The notes under the pieces: model-generated
Database searches by the model: none
Seen by the model: the letters and a program-made list of their open reading frames with translations, nothing else
What the model was told of the DNA's origin: nothing
Assembly: GCF_038025025.1 (NCBI RefSeq)
Contig: NW_027117338.1
Span: forward strand, 3,348,001-3,412,000
Reading direction: 5' to 3'
Length of the DNA: 64,000 nt
Origin: Phyllosticta citribraziliensis
Lineage: Eukaryota
Program-made: the position numbers and the translations under genes
Shown here: in pieces, positions 49,533 through 62,516 of the stretch
How the letters are laid out: every line of letters starts with the position of its first letter
Numbering within the stretch: position 1 is the stretch's first letter

Positions 49533-50221
49533 GATGGCGGCGACGGGCTCGAACAGCGGAGGAGAGGGTTGTTGGAGAAAAGAGGGGAGCGGTCCCCGTT
49601 GGAAGGCAAATCAAGGACTGCTGCTGGAGCTGATGGGCGCCAATAATACGAGGGGCTCAGTCAGGAGGAAGCGAAGGAGGGGCAAGGCACAAGCAGCGGA
49701 GTCCGAGTGGCAGCGTGCGAGGTCCAGTGGCGACTTGGATATGTATGGTCGCGCGCAAATGGTCCTAGGGCGGCGAGGGGGTTGCGGAGGGGGATTGACG
49801 AGGAGAGCGAGACGTGTTGGGAAATGAGCGACGGCCAAAGTCCGAGGGCGTGGTGAGGCTCGGGAAGTGTGTCGATCGTGACAGGGTCCAGGTGTGGCGG
49901 TGAAGTCGGGGCAGCCGTTCAGGACAATTGATTATCGTCGGGTGCTTCAGGTTGGCCCATGGGAAGATGTGTGGTGGGTGTTGGGTGTTGACGGGAGTGA
50001 CAGGTGTGAGTTGTGGCCCTGCGGCTCTTCCACGACCTCCAGGCTGTCCTGTCCGGGTGCCTCTGCCCTGCTCTCACCCCTCAGGCTGCCAGCAACCAGC
50101 TCCCTTGGCTCCAAGCCACCGCAGCCCAACCCAACCAATCAATCTGTCCACTGCCCTGTTTCGTCATTGCTTAGCATTCTATTCTCTCTGTTGTCTCTAC
50201 TCTATTTCTCTACGACTACGT

Positions 50222-51811
50222 CTACAAAAGACTCTGCGCCTCCACCACCTTCTCCTGCTTCCACTTATCAAACGAAAACCCCAACTCCTCAATCGTCCTG
50301 ACCTGCTCTCTAGCCTTGCCCCGCTCTGCAAACGCCTTCTTGATGTCTGGAAACCTCTCGCGACACCAATAATGCCACTCGCCCCATCTGGGCGGCGTCT
50401 TGCCCCCGGTCCCCTGCGCCGTCATGGCCCAATCGTGCATCGCGTTAATGTAATCAGCATCGCGCGGAAAAGCGAGCGTGTGAAAGTCGTTGCCATCGCC
50501 GTTGACCGCCAGCGTGTGCTCCTCCCACGCCCGCATCTGTGCGTGCGGTGGCAGCTCGAGGCGGCCGGCATAGGCGCGCGCAATCACGGCGCTCTGGACC
50601 TCTGATGTTGGGAAGGGGATGATGCGCTGGTTGAGCACGATGAAAGACAGCGTCGGGTGTGGCGCGTAAAACGAGTGCTGGTACGTGTTGTGCACCCGCG
50701 TCCCGTCCGTCACCAGCGGCGGCGACACGGACGAGAGGAACGGGAGCGAGTAAAAGTAGCCAGTGCAAAAGATGATGGAGTCGATCGAAGACTCGGAGCT
50801 TCCGTCCTCAAAGATTGCAGTCCTCGTGATCGGGTCCAGCTGCTTGATGGCCGGCACTTCCTTTTTGAAGCTGGGCACTGGGCCTGGCGAGAGATACGAC
50901 GCTGATTTGATCGAGTTGATCAGAGGCAGCTTGCACTGAGTTGAAACCTGCGTCCCGATGTCGATGCCGGAGGCGCTGTTTCCGACCACAATCACTTTCT
51001 GCCAAGGGTCAGCTTCCTGTCCCTCAGTCGGCGATAGAAACCATGCTCACCTTGTCCTTGAACGCTTCGGGGTTCCTATAAAACTTGGAGTGAGTGATGC
51101 TTCCGGGGTGTTTTTCGTGCCACTCCTTGATGCCTGGAGCATCAGGAATAAACGGCACGAAAAAGTGACCGTTTGCAACAACGACGGCGTCGAAGACCTC
51201 CTCCTTTTCCTCGCCCGACACGACGCCCTTCGTCTTGACGCTCCACTGCTCCTTCAACGCACCTTGGTCCACCTTGGAATCAAGTAGCCGAACATCGAGC
51301 ACCTGAGTCTCAAACTGGACCAGATGATTTACGTCCTCTGCATAACGAGCGAGGTAGTCCTTGATGGTGGGGTGCTTGGGAAACAGCTGGCTCTCCTCGG
51401 GCATCTCAAGATCCGAGAAACGCATCAGCTGCTTCGGGATGTTGGTCTCGAGCAAGTCATAGACGGGCGAGAGGAACTGGGGATTTTTCCCCTGGCCGTC
51501 ACGCCATATGGGCTTCTCGAGGTCATCTCTGGTCGGGCGCGTCTTGGGCACGGCGAAGCTTCCATCGTCCGTGTCTTCGGGCGTGTAGTTCCAGAGGCCG
51601 CCAGGAGCGCTGCGCTGCTCAAAGGCGACGATGCGCTTGAACTTGTTCTCGGCGCTCAGGTACCTGGAGAGGCGTGAGCAGGGAGCGTCGCAAGTCGCAC
51701 CAGCTGGTCGAGAGTAGGTACCTACTTAAGAGCCGCGAGTCCGCTCGGACCAGCTCCGATGACGGCAATGTTTTGGACGTTGAAGTTGATGTTTGACGAA
51801 GTGGTGGCCAT
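50222..51811 (-). CDS. Flavin-containing (thiol-specific-type) monooxygenase
   Basis: FAD motif IAVIGAGPSG, GGLWNY, YDLLETN, ANGHF, FMO-type HPGSITHSKFY, NADP motif VGNSASG, CTGY; two introns. Confidence 0.92.
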
Positions 51812-52290
51812 GGTGCGAACGGCGCGTGCTGTTTTCGACAGTAGCATATGCAGAATGCAATGATTGTGTAACAAAGCCCCAGTCTAGGGTATTCAACGCC
51901 CGCCAAATGCTGGAGGGTCACGACTGAAGAGAGAGAAGAGAGGGAGTCAGCAGAAGAAGAGGAACACCGCACCGAGCAATCAGACGATGCAGAGATATAT
52001 GGGTCAAGCAGGCCACGCTCGCCCGAGTCAGACTATCACGACATCGGCTTCAGGTCGGCTGCCCTCGGCCGACTTCTTCACTTCCTCACTTATCGATAGC
52101 GGCTGGCGTCATGAATTATAGCAGGCAGTCGACTGGAGCTGGGGAGCAGAGCATTCTCCATCCGACGCGCGGGTCTTCTCCAGGATGTCCCCATCTCTAG
52201 CTCCTCAAGCTTCCGCCCCGCGGCCCGCCAGTGCCCTCTCCGCAGGCTATCGGATACCGCCAGTTTAAAAGCTTCCCTTGTCCCTCCACC

Positions 52291-53422
52291 ATGTTGTCTG
52301 CTCTACGCTTCTTCACTCCTCTTGCAGCTCGTCGGACTTTTTCCACCACAACTGCCACCATGGCCAACAAACTGCGCATCGGCTTCGTGCCCGGTAAGCC
52401 TGACAGTATCTTGCATCGCGCTGCGCCTGCTAACTTTTTCTCAGAACACTTCTCCACACCGCTCCATTTTGCCCACAAGCACTTTGGACTCAAGGCCGAC
52501 CTTGTGCCTTTTCCTTCGGGAACCGGCCACATGATACAGTCGCTACAGGCAAATGAGATTGACGTGGGAATTGGCTTGACCGAGGGCTGGGTGAATGGCA
52601 TCGGCGACGCCATTGCAAACAAAGGCAGTGCCGACGCTGCTGGCTACAAGTTGGTTGGTACCTACGTCGAGACGCCTCTGTGCTGGGCCATCAGCACTGG
52701 CAAGGACCGCGAGCTCAAGGGCGTCGAGGAGCTGCGAGGAAAGAAGATTGGCGTCAGTCGCATTGGAAGGTACATCACAGCGGCAGTCAGACCATGTTGG
52801 AGAATTAAATTGATTGATTGGCAGTGGCTCCTATGTCATGGGCTTCGTCCTCGCCGACAAGCACGGCTGGCTTGCAGACTCCAAGCCCGGAGAGGCTCCG
52901 TTCGACGTCGTCCCTCTCAACACCTTTGCCAAGCTGCGGGAGGCGGTCAACGATGGCACTGCTGGTGGGTTGAGCTAATTATGCCCCACCGCGCTTGAAC
53001 TAACTCATTCCTTAGACTTCTTCATGTGGGAACACTTCACCTCCAAGCGCTACTACGACAACGGCGAGATCAAGCGCATTGGGGAGATCTACACGCCATG
53101 GCCGAGCTGGCACATTGTTGCGCGCGATCCCGAGGACGAGAGGATGCAGGGCATGAGCGATGCCATTAACAAGGGTATCGAGTACTATGGTGAACACCGG
53201 CAGGAGGCGATTGAGTACATCTCAACGCACCTCGACTACTCCGCCGAGGACGCAAAGGAGTGGACCAAGACCGTCAGGTTTGCCGAGGACGTCAGGGGCG
53301 TCGATCCCGCTGTCATTGAAAAGACGATTGACATTCTGGCCAAGGCCGGAAGGCTGGACGCTTCCAAGAGCGGCGTGGAGCACATGGTGGCCATCAAGCG
53401 GGCCGAGAGAGCCAGCAAGTAA
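52291..53422 (+). CDS. Ca3427-like / NMT1-THI5-related periplasmic-binding-fold protein
   Basis: LRIGFVP|EHFSTP, PSGTGHM, IGLTEGW, TPLCWAIS, GVSRIG|SGS, FMWEHFTSK, IYTPWPSW; three introns. Confidence 0.85.
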
Positions 53423-53490
53423 ATCAAAAGGGCAGTGTTGAATAAAAGTCGTCTTTCTCCCGGTAATCGTGTGCCTGACCCAAAGCTGCA

Positions 53491-54405
53491 TTATGCCTCA
53501 GCTGGAGCTGCCGTCTTTTTTCCGCCGCCTGCGATCAAGTCGAGGAAACCCTTTTTGCTCATCTCCGTGACCTTCTCCTCTCGTTTGTCAATGCCGACCA
53601 CGCCAGTCTTCTTGGCCTCTCGTGCTGCCTGTTCTCCCTTGACCTGCGCGGCACGGACTGCATTGAACAGCTTGACAACACCCCTCTGTGCCGTCTTCTT
53701 CAGCCTCTTCTCTTCCTCTTGAATCCGCTGCGTCGAAACATCCGTTGTCTGCAGTCCCATCACATCCTTGACGCGACCCTTTTCCAACTGCGCCTTCTTT
53801 TCATCCCGCATCTTTCCCTTTGCTTTGGCCTCGAGTTTGGCATCGGCCATACCCCTGCCTGCATCATGCGCAATCTTGCTGCGCGAGAGAATCGGGTCCG
53901 CGCGTTTCGTAGTCGTAAGTTTTGAGCCCAAAATCTTTTGCATCGAAGTCGCAAACGCGTCCGGGTCGTTCCGCTTCTTCTTGTTCCGATTGGCTGCATT
54001 GCTAGAGCCCCCATCCGACAAGGAGCCCTCTGAGCCATCCTCTGACGCCTCCTCGTCCGAGTCCATCTCCACGTCGCCCTCTAGCTCCTCTTCTGAAAAT
54101 TCATCGTTGGCGGCAGCGTCGTCTGACTCGTCGTCGGCGCTTTGCGGCTCCGGTGCGGCAACCTCGACCTTTTTGGTGTGGTTTGGGACGGGCTGCGCCT
54201 CTGATTTCGACTCGGACTCTGGGGCTGGCTGTTGTCTTGTTGTTGTTGCTTTGGGCGCTTCTTCTGCCGCACTTTCTTCGTCGCCGGAGCTGTGGTAGAA
54301 GGTCGGATTCTTGATCCTCCTGACGCGTTTGGTGGAGCTGTTGCGGTTCTGCTCCGTCCTTCTCCTCTTCAACGCGACTGGCGTCCTGGAAGGATGTGCG
54401 GGCAT
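53491..54405 (-). CDS. RRP15: Ribosome biogenesis protein Rrp15
   Basis: Acidic N-terminal half, then AFATSMQKIL, DPILSRS, EKRLKKTAQRGVVKLFNAV, SKKGFLDLI. Confidence 0.9.
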   Translation of the reverse strand: MPAHPSRTPVALKRRRTEQNRNSSTKRVRRIKNPTFYHSSGDEESAAEEAPKATTTRQQPAPESESKSEAQPVPNHTKKVEVAAPEPQSADDESDDAAANDEFSEEELEGDVEMDSDEEASEDGSEGSLSDGGSSNAANRNKKKRNDPDAFATSMQKILGSKLTTTKRADPILSRSKIAHDAGRGMADAKLEAKAKGKMRDEKKAQLEKGRVKDVMGLQTTDVSTQRIQEEEKRLKKTAQRGVVKLFNAVRAAQVKGEQAAREAKKTGVVGIDKREEKVTEMSKKGFLDLIAGGGKKTAAPAEA

Positions 54406-54639
54406 TGTGACGATTTTGCGTTGTGAGGTGGTGGTGTTCATGCTGGAGCAGTCGGGGTCGTGGACCGAAATTTTGGGCACGTCCTCGGCAGAATGCCAAC
54501 CCCGGAAAGGCGGTGAGTGGTCCAGCTCCGCACCGCTCCCCGCGTCAGCCAGCCAGTGCATTTCCAGTCGACGTTGAGATTCCTCCCCCACGACTTCGAT
54601 ACCTCTACTTCTACTTTACCCTCCGCCCACCTCTCCACC

Positions 54640-56358
<1,719 letters not shown>

Positions 56359-56864
56359 GACTAGTGAGCGTTCGACCTACAACCCCCTTACCCCTCCGCC
56401 ATCCTTCTCTTCCTGGCATCTCTGTCTTTTTATCTCTTTTTTTCTATCACGACCACGAAGTTTCGGTCAGCGGCAGGCATCAAAGACCTTGTTGTCTCCA
56501 TGTACCATTTTGTGCATAATCTACCAGCAGATTCGGCGTTGAGGCAGGCGGGACAAATCGAGGGTGTTTTGGGGCCAGGCCCGAAGGAAATGCGATTTGG
56601 ATTGCTTCGACTCTAGCGTCCTTCTGCGTATAGGAAGAAATGGGAAGTCACAGCACTGTGGCCGAGTATGAGGAGGCTTCGTTCACACACAGCTTCGTCG
56701 AGGGAGTTTCTATCCATCACCAAGACTACATCCACAGAGCTTTCCTTTCTTCAGGACTACCGTTCGTTGCTCGCTATGAGAAGGGATCTTTTTTACAGAG
56801 TGGAGAGCTACAGACACATTGTTTTGCTCCTTATCATTTGCCTCTTTCCCCGACTTCTCGATCT

Positions 56865-58327
56865 TTACGCAGAGGATGACGGCACATCATCCCACCACGG
56901 ATCCGCCAAAATCTCAGCAGCAGAAGCCCTCTCAGACGGCTCCAACCGCATCAGCCTTTCGATAAGCTTGCTCACTCGATTGATGTCCTTCATCGAAAAA
57001 ACGTCCGCCTCGTCCTCGTCGTAATGCTCGTCGAAGTAACTCTTCCGCAACTCATGCGCGACTGTGTTTTCATAGATGCGATGATATTCCTTGACATAGT
57101 CTTCCTCTCTGAACATGCGCCTCTGCTTCTTGAACGCCTGCCACTCCTCTTGCCAGCTCTCCGGGATCTCTCTAGAGATTCTGTCGAGGGTCTCCATGAG
57201 CTGCCACCGGTCTGTTGCATTTGAGCTGGAACATTCGCTGCCCGGTGATGAGCTCGTAGAGCAACGCACCCATGCTCCACAAATCCATTCGGTGGTCGAG
57301 CAGGTCGCCAAATGTGACTTCGGGCGCTTGCACGATGGCTTGCCCCCTGGATATCCGTTCGACGTTGATATTTTTTGGAGGCTTCTCGTTGCTCGGGAAT
57401 GCTTCGCCGAAGTTGACGATCTTGATAGGTTGCGACGGCATGTCGAGACTTTGTGGAAACCGAGCTGGCTCCATGATGTACTTGGGAATTCCTGGATCGA
57501 GCGGTTTGCCGTCTCGTCTCAATACTTCAGACGTGTTGATCCCTCCGAGCGCCTCGCAGAACTCTTCTTCGCCCAAGTGATCCATCGCGGGGAGAGTGAA
57601 GGCCATAGTTCCTGTGCGGACGTCTGTTCCAGGTCAGAAAAATGTCTTGTCGAGTAAGAAGTGGTTTTCGACATACCTCCGTGCACAATACCTCTTTTGT
57701 GCAGATAGTCAAGAGCTTGAAGAGCTCCCTTCGCAATCCTTTTCGCAACTGAGGCTGGAAGTCTCGAAAATCGCCGCTCGAAGTACTCTTCTAAATCTTG
57801 GCCATGGAGTTCAAAAACGAAGCAGTCGTGCTGACCGTTTGGTCCTGCGATTTTGAACAGATCGAGCATTTGAATCACATGCTGACTTCTGGGATGCTCT
57901 CGATGGGATTTTGCCAGCGCACGCATGACTTCGGCTTCTCGTCGCTGCCCCTTTCGAATCGCACAAATTTTCAAGGCAACGTATTTGTTTTCTCTGAAAA
58001 CCTGTCAGCTTATGGGTAGACAGAAAAGAGCTATCAAACCAACCTCCGGTCCCTCGCAGCCCAGGCAGTATAATGAGGTCCAACTCCAAGCTTGTGCAGT
58101 ATCTTGTATCGTCCATCCTGAATGGTATCACCGAGTAGGACGGGATAGAGACTGCACTGCCCCAAGTATCGCTCAGGTCTCTCAGCATTTTTGAAAGCGG
58201 CATTGAAAGTATTGTGATAAAAGCCAGTCTTTGAATACTGGAGATGTCTCGTGAGATTTTGTAGGACGCTTATTTCCCTCCATACGAGCCACAGCCGTTT
58301 GTGGGCTGCGAATTCTTCGTTCACCAT
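56865..58327 (-). pseudogene. Degenerate SRPK-like kinase paralog (frameshift plus catalytic substitutions)
   Basis: RYKILHKLG, YVALKI; catalytic loop HG|DVRTGT (Asn lost); DFG changed to NFG; one-base frameshift near 57215-57230 between ...GQRMF and ...QLMETLDR...RASAAEILADPW. Confidence 0.65.
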
Positions 58328-59077
58328 GCATCCAACGCTCTTGTGTACTTGCTTTACTTCTTATGGCGCGTTCCAACCGAGATACTGGACAAAACGACGC
58401 AATGGAGTGACGAGCGGAGAGAATATATTTTCGGCGAGCAGGTAATGCGAAGAGAAAGAAGGGTAGACAGCATCTTATAAGGCACACTTTGGCCTTTGGT
58501 ACGTGTACAGTACCTCAAGCATGTGTTGAGTCACAAGCCTTGTCGTCCGCGGCCAAGTCTCCCCTCCCCTGAGTTCCGCCGCGAACACTCCCCCCTCTGC
58601 TCACCAGCAGCTTCTTACGCCAAAACTTCGGACCACCACATCAACGAACCATAGGTGAGTCGACCAGAATCCACTGGTAGGCGGCGTTCTCAAGGAATCC
58701 TAGTGCAGCGTCTTTTGAACCAAGTTGCTCATTTTCGCAGCGGCCGCTTGAGACCCACACAAGTCGTCTACGGAGCATTCCTTCCGCCACACAGTAAACT
58801 CTTCATCGAGGTTTGAATCTTCTCGTGACGCTGGTGTCTGTTGATGGCAGGTTGATCGATTTCTTGGTTTCCTTGCCATGGCGATGTTGGCCCGCACAAT
58901 CAAGGAATCGTGCCGGCGGATGTCTCAGCCGAGTGCTGTTTGAGGTATGGGTCGGTAATACGCTGGGAGCACTTGAGACCCTCAAAACATGGCTAAAGAC
59001 ACACTCCCACAGCCATTAGACTAGCGTCGCGTTGAACTTTGGTGCTGGACATCCGCAGGTGATGCCACGACTGTGGG

Positions 59078-60053
59078 TTATGTCGCCATCCTACTCTCCA
59101 CGCCATCCCTGAATGCTCCCTTTCGCCGTACAGGCTTTTCTGCCCCATCTGCGTGCTTCCCAAGTTCGCTGGCGCCCGAAGCAACATCTCCTTTTCGCAT
59201 GTCTTCCCCAGCATCGCCCGCGTACCGCCGATACTCGAACCACGCGTCCAAGACCTCGAAATCGGCATCTGACGCGCTCAAGCTGTCCCGCTCGCTGATG
59301 AGCCGCGCTTTGGCTTCCCGGTAGACATTTTCGGCGACGTTGGAGAAGATTTTGCCGCTGCGGTGCGTCAGAAGGTGTTCAGTGAAGGTGGTAGAGGGAG
59401 GGCCGCTTACTTCCAAAAGCTGCGCGCTTTCTTCTCCTGCGCAAGTTGGTGTTCGAAGAGCTGCGCCGTTATGGGAGACATGTCGCGGCGATTTGGTGCG
59501 TTTGTTCTCGGACTCGCAAGCGGGTAGAAAGTTGTGTCGCGCCTCGGAGGACCAGACTTCTGTTCCAAATGGCCGGTGGTGAGCTCTGTCGGCAGGACCT
59601 GATCCAGCGAGCAGTATGTTTTTCAGTTTGGTTTGGAGGACAGTGGACAACGTAGTCATGGAATAGCGTGGGGAGACCTGCAAGTCGTGCTCTGGTGATA
59701 CGCGCCCTCGGTGGTGTTTGGTGGTACGCGTCTCAACAGAGGGAACACGAGACAACGCGGACACGGCTGAGACAAGACCAACAATTCTAGTAAAGAGTCG
59801 CGCTGTACCTGCCTTTGCAATTGAGAGAACAAGACATCAAGTGGCGGGTGGGCATCGAAGAAAGGTTGGACGAATGCAAACGCCAGAAAGTCGAACTCTT
59901 CGACTTGGTCATGCGCGATGCTGCTGTAACGTTCATAAGCGGGTCCCTGCAGGCTACGACCAGCCACTTGTGACACAAACTCTGCTGAATAGTATTGGCC
60001 GGCTTCGAAACTGTCATTCGACAGGACAATCAATGATCGATCATGTGAAGGAG
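59078..60053 (-). other. Possible orphan or degenerate coding locus (two overlapping ORFs in different frames)
   Basis: Protein-like stretches (YERYSSIAHDQVEEFDFLAF; VAENVYREAKARLISER...LDAWFEYRRY) but no clear start codon and no frame-joining intron. Confidence 0.2.
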
Positions 60054-60145
60054 TAGAGTTTTTTGGACCCATAACCTCATCAGTCCATTCTCGTGCTGCT
60101 CTGCCTAAGCCGTATGAATTCGGGGCCACCTGACCATCAAGAAAC

Positions 60146-61525
60146 TCAATTGCGCATCCTGTTGGCAACCCATCTCTTCAAGACAAACTCCCGGACCTTG
60201 AACCTTTTCAAAAGCGCCCCAATGTCGGCTTCACTTCCGGCGCCGTTTTCGAGCGGAGGCGGGACATCAACGTAGACCATGACCAAAGTCTTGAGCACGT
60301 TGCTCTGGACGCGGCTGGCACAGTACAGCCACCACCAAGGGTTTTGCTCGGGCTTCTCCTTGTCATCCCAGTAAGAATGCGAGTAGGAGGGGACGATTTG
60401 AACGGCGAATTCGGCGTGCGAAAAGACCGGACCGCGGTTGTAGATCATAAAGTCGACCGAGAACTTGACACCGTCGCGAACTACCCAGCCACGCGACCTG
60501 AAGTGGTGGTAGACGACGTATTTGAGCAGGAAAGAGTCGTCCGGGCGGAGGGCGGCTGTCTCAGCGGGAGGGAAATAGGAGAGAGAACGACAGAGACGGA
60601 AAAAATGCTGCACGTCGATACTCTCGTGTGTCTTTGGGTCGACGATGTCGAGCACGCCAAGACCGTAGGTAAGGAAGAAGGCCTCCTCGAGGGCCAGTTG
60701 GAGATGCTCTTCGTTTTGCAGAGGGTCCTCAGAGGCAGTTTGGGTTGCCTCTTGCTGACCAATTGGGACCGTGGGCGGGTTTGCAGAGACAGTCGAAGAC
60801 GGTGCTCCGAGTTGAGCCTCATTTCCGTTCATCGAAGCAGCGCCAGGAGCAGTCGTGCTTGGCGAAGTCGAGATGTCTTGACGGGCGGCAACAGCAGCGA
60901 CAGTCGGCTCGTCGACAAGTTTGCCCTCCTTGCGCAGCTGTTCTTCGATTGCCTCCCGTTCCTTTCGAGCTCTCTCATTCTTGAAATCCCTCCTCTCCTG
61001 CCGCCTTTTCTGGGTATAGTCCTCGGCAAGAAGCTGCCCCGACGTTCCTCGTCGATTCTTCTCGCGGTCCAGCCAGGTAGGCTCGCTGCGACTCAGGCTG
61101 CCTTTTCCGAAAAAGCCTTGTTCCCAGAGAGCGCGGACACTTTCCCAGTCTGTGACGTGAACTGATTGAGTCTCGTATGAGAGGTAGGCGATATGGCGTT
61201 TTGGTGGGTGGGAGGGCGGCGGAAAGAAGTATTGGGACACCATCAGGTAGGCGACATGCAGTAGGGAGAGCGGATTGTGTGGCACGAAAGCTGGTAGTGG
61301 ATAGGTCACAATGGGCAGTGGTCGCTCATGAATCTGGGCATAGTTCGGCCTCTTTGGACGTCTGGGAGCTGCCGGATTCGGAGCTGACTTGGAACTTGTG
61401 GTTTGAGAATCTTGTCCATTGGAATTTCCAGCTACATGGCCATTTCCCTCTTCCTGGGCTTTGTGACTCGACGATCCGTTGGCCGGCGTCATCTCGCCAG
61501 CCAGCGCTGTTGTAGCGTCGCCCAT
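60146..61525 (-). CDS. SEN2: tRNA-splicing endonuclease subunit Sen2
   Basis: LWEQGFFGKGSLSRSEPTW, EHLQLALEEAFFL, YHHFRSRGWVVRDGVKFSVDFMIYNRGPVFSHAEF, KTLVMVYV, RWVANRMR. Confidence 0.95.
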   Translation of the reverse strand: MGDATTALAGEMTPANGSSSHKAQEEGNGHVAGNSNGQDSQTTSSKSAPNPAAPRRPKRPNYAQIHERPLPIVTYPLPAFVPHNPLSLLHVAYLMVSQYFFPPPSHPPKRHIAYLSYETQSVHVTDWESVRALWEQGFFGKGSLSRSEPTWLDREKNRRGTSGQLLAEDYTQKRRQERRDFKNERARKEREAIEEQLRKEGKLVDEPTVAAVAARQDISTSPSTTAPGAASMNGNEAQLGAPSSTVSANPPTVPIGQQEATQTASEDPLQNEEHLQLALEEAFFLTYGLGVLDIVDPKTHESIDVQHFFRLCRSLSYFPPAETAALRPDDSFLLKYVVYHHFRSRGWVVRDGVKFSVDFMIYNRGPVFSHAEFAVQIVPSYSHSYWDDKEKPEQNPWWWLYCASRVQSNVLKTLVMVYVDVPPPLENGAGSEADIGALLKRFKVREFVLKRWVANRMRN

Positions 61526-61623
61526 GGCTAAGGTTGCAGCGGAGATGCAAAAATCGAAGCCTGTCTTGATTGCCAAAGTCAGCAAGGCTCTTGCGAAGAG
61601 ATGCGCGTGTTGAGAAGATGATA

Positions 61624-61725
61624 GTTGATCAGATACCGTTGTAGTCTAATACAAAGAGACCATCATCGGAGGCAGCAAAAGTCAGTGCGCCTCCTTTGTG
61701 GAAACAAAGGTTGTCATCATGCAGT
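61624..61725 (-). ncRNA. snR79: Box C/D snoRNA, snR79-like (guide for the 18S rRNA Cm1007-equivalent site)
   Basis: Minus strand: C box ATGATGA (61720-61714), D' CTGA (61685-61682), C'-like GATGATG (61667-61661), guide AGACTACAACGGTAT and D box CTGA (61632-61629). The guide is complementary to 18S AUACCGUCGUAGUCU with one mismatch. It lies in intron 61768-61561. Confidence 0.88.
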
Positions 61726-62100
61726 GAGGTGTATGGTTTCGGGCAGAGGGAAGTTACGTTTGACTCACCGGCTTCAGGGTATGAGCGGATCTGACGACTG
61801 GAGCTGTGGGTTGATCGAGTGAGCGTGTGAGTGGGTGTCAATTGGGCGTCGCGCAGGACGAGCAAGAGGGTAGAATCATCACATGGTGGGATGGTGTTGG
61901 AGGGTCGAGGTCGGGGTTGAAAAGTGCGGGCGGAGAAAAATGGCAGCCGCTGGGTGTGGCCTCCGGGGTTCTGCCGCCCGCCTAGCTGACGTCGGCGGTG
62001 GCCCCCGCCGTGGACCGGGAGCATTCCATTGGTTCCTCACCATCTACACACCATCAACCATCCACAAACTCACGTCACGTCCTCTTTCTTTTTGCTTCAT

Positions 62101-62425
62101 TGGTGTTGTGCGTCTTGGGAGCATCTGTCATTCGGATTCATGATTTTGTTCTCTTGCTGTCAACTCAATCCTTCAACGCGACTTCGGACGAGAACACCAC
62201 GACAGGCGTATCTACGCTGTACGAGAACTCGGGCACTGCGGCGGCACACACTAGGAAGCATTCAGTCACCACTACGAATAAGGCCAGGGAGCTGTTATTC
62301 GTCATCGCCGTCGCGCTCAAGGAGCTTTCGTTCCCCAACACAGCCGCGTCCTGGGAGCTTTCATTCGCTATTAGGCATAGACCGTAGTCCCTTGCTTTTT
62401 TTCTGCAGGACGCTGTCGCACAATA
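62101..62425 (+). ncRNA. Candidate structured RNA upstream of AIM25 (possibly H/ACA-like)
   Basis: Four 7-8-bp stems forming consecutive hairpin domains, followed by ACA at 62420-62422; no canonical H box found. Confidence 0.3.
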
Positions 62426-62516
62426 TCCTCACAGAACCCTCAAAATCCATCCAGTCCAAAAACGACTCTTTCATCTCTTCCTTTGGAATACCGCCTTGTT
62501 TCACGCGCGTCTCGAC

